From IMG/VR virus record IMGVR_UViG_3300042350_003685, positions 4,317 to 68,316 of that record: DNA of 64,000 nucleotides; one strand, written 5' to 3'. Every line of letters begins with the position of its first letter. The stretch's first letter is position 1. The position numbers and the translations under genes are program-made. Source of the DNA: a virus. The notes beneath the pieces were generated by a model. That model searched no databases and had not been told where the DNA came from. It worked only from the letters and a program-made list of their open reading frames with translations. Below are positions 63,433 through 64,000 of this stretch, piece by piece.

Positions 63433-63870
63433 TCAGCCTGCGTAGGTGATTGCGATTGACTTGGGTTTTTGACTTTCAGGTACTACTCTTTCCAACTGTA
63501 CAGTCAAGATGCCATCTTTCATGATTGCACCTTTTACTTCTACGTAGTCAGCTAGAGTAAAGTGACGCACAAATGTACGAGCACTGATACCGTGATGTAG
63601 ATATTGCACCTGGGTATCATCGTTGTCGTCTTTATGTGCTCCACGAATAGTCAATCGACCTTCATGGAACTCAACATCAATTTCCCCTTGACTAAAGCCA
63701 GCAGCAGCCACACGAATTTCATATAGATCTTCTGCCAGGCGTACAATGTCATATGGAGGATAATTTCCCGCTGCTGCATCAATCTGTGCAGTGATGCGAT
63801 CAAACAGTCGATCAATACCAACTGTGTTACGATAGAACGGGGTCAGATCAAAAGATGTGATTTTAGTCAT
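63433..63870 (-). CDS. Small heat shock protein (Hsp20/IbpA-like)
   Basis: G.DRLFD, YPPYDI, AAGF, YLHHGIS.R.F.R.F.LA and GIL...L....PE...PK.I.I. Confidence 0.93.
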   Translation of the reverse strand: MTKITSFDLTPFYRNTVGIDRLFDRITAQIDAAAGNYPPYDIVRLAEDLYEIRVAAAGFSQGEIDVEFHEGRLTIRGAHKDDNDDTQVQYLHHGISARTFVRHFTLADYVEVKGAIMKDGILTVQLERVVPESQKPKSIAITYAG

Positions 63871-63874
63871 TGTT

Positions 63875-63927
63875 TTCTCCTTTCATTAAGCAAGAATGAC
63901 TGTGTGTAGCCCGATATCGGCGCTACA
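63875..63927 (-). promoter_or_regulatory. ROSE-type RNA thermometer in the hsp20 5' UTR
   Basis: UUCUUGCUU pairs with AAGGAGAA (SD) with a bulged G; upstream UGUAGC-G-CCGAUAUCGG-GCUACA hairpin. Confidence 0.75.
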
Positions 63928-63931
63928 ACCA

Positions 63932-63962
63932 TATTTATACAGCAGTTTTTGAATTATGTCAA
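63932..63962 (-). promoter_or_regulatory. Dual promoter: TTGACA-N17-TATAAA overlapping the late consensus TATAAATA
   Basis: Direct sequence match. Confidence 0.75.
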
Positions 63963-64000
63963 TATTTTTTGGGCGGCAGCTTTTGGCTATCCAGGTACTT

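Noticed and set aside
1-64000. Stop-codon reassignment, as seen in some large phages
   Set aside because: Conserved genes are full length in the standard code and end in TAA, TAG and TGA; no suppressor tRNA seen.

Overview
This window reads as a 64-kb segment of a large lytic, T4-like/myovirus dsDNA phage genome. Host-derived genes such as ErpA, IF-1, aerobic rubrerythrin-DUF3501, a phasin-like protein and an SgaA-type aminotransferase suggest an aerobic proteobacterial host, probably a betaproteobacterium (inference). Positions 1-13.3 kb encode baseplate and tail-fibre proteins, several with nested domain architecture. The rest is a dense, mostly minus-strand accessory region. It holds small early genes behind about 17 near-consensus sigma70 promoters (TTGACC-N17-TATAAT), auxiliary metabolic and stress genes (erpA, SOD, infA, nadE, sgaA, rubrerythrin, cytochrome c, two ClpP, ClpS, Hsp20, uvsE), one tRNA(CAT), and a dispersed glycan/small-molecule modification toolkit (two amidinotransferases, a nucleotide-sugar dehydrogenase, 2OG-Fe oxygenases, methyltransferases, glycosyltransferase-like proteins, a radical SAM enzyme). 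Several of the toolkit genes sit behind T4-like late promoters. Main candidates for novelty: (i) a tandem array of six divergent small paralogues ending in 'L(R/K)WS', four of whose junctions share a conserved 14-nt sequence, running directly into the tRNA; (ii) a double-amidinotransferase/sugar-dehydrogenase cluster; (iii) a ParB/DUF262-like + GIY-YIG-like + HNH-like three-gene operon; (iv) RNA regulatory elements (two ROSE-type thermometers and a start-codon-sequestering sgaA leader); (v) collar-within-collar tail fibres and a CFI-box-CTERM-like gene pair. All family assignments come from motif recognition by eye; no database searches were run.
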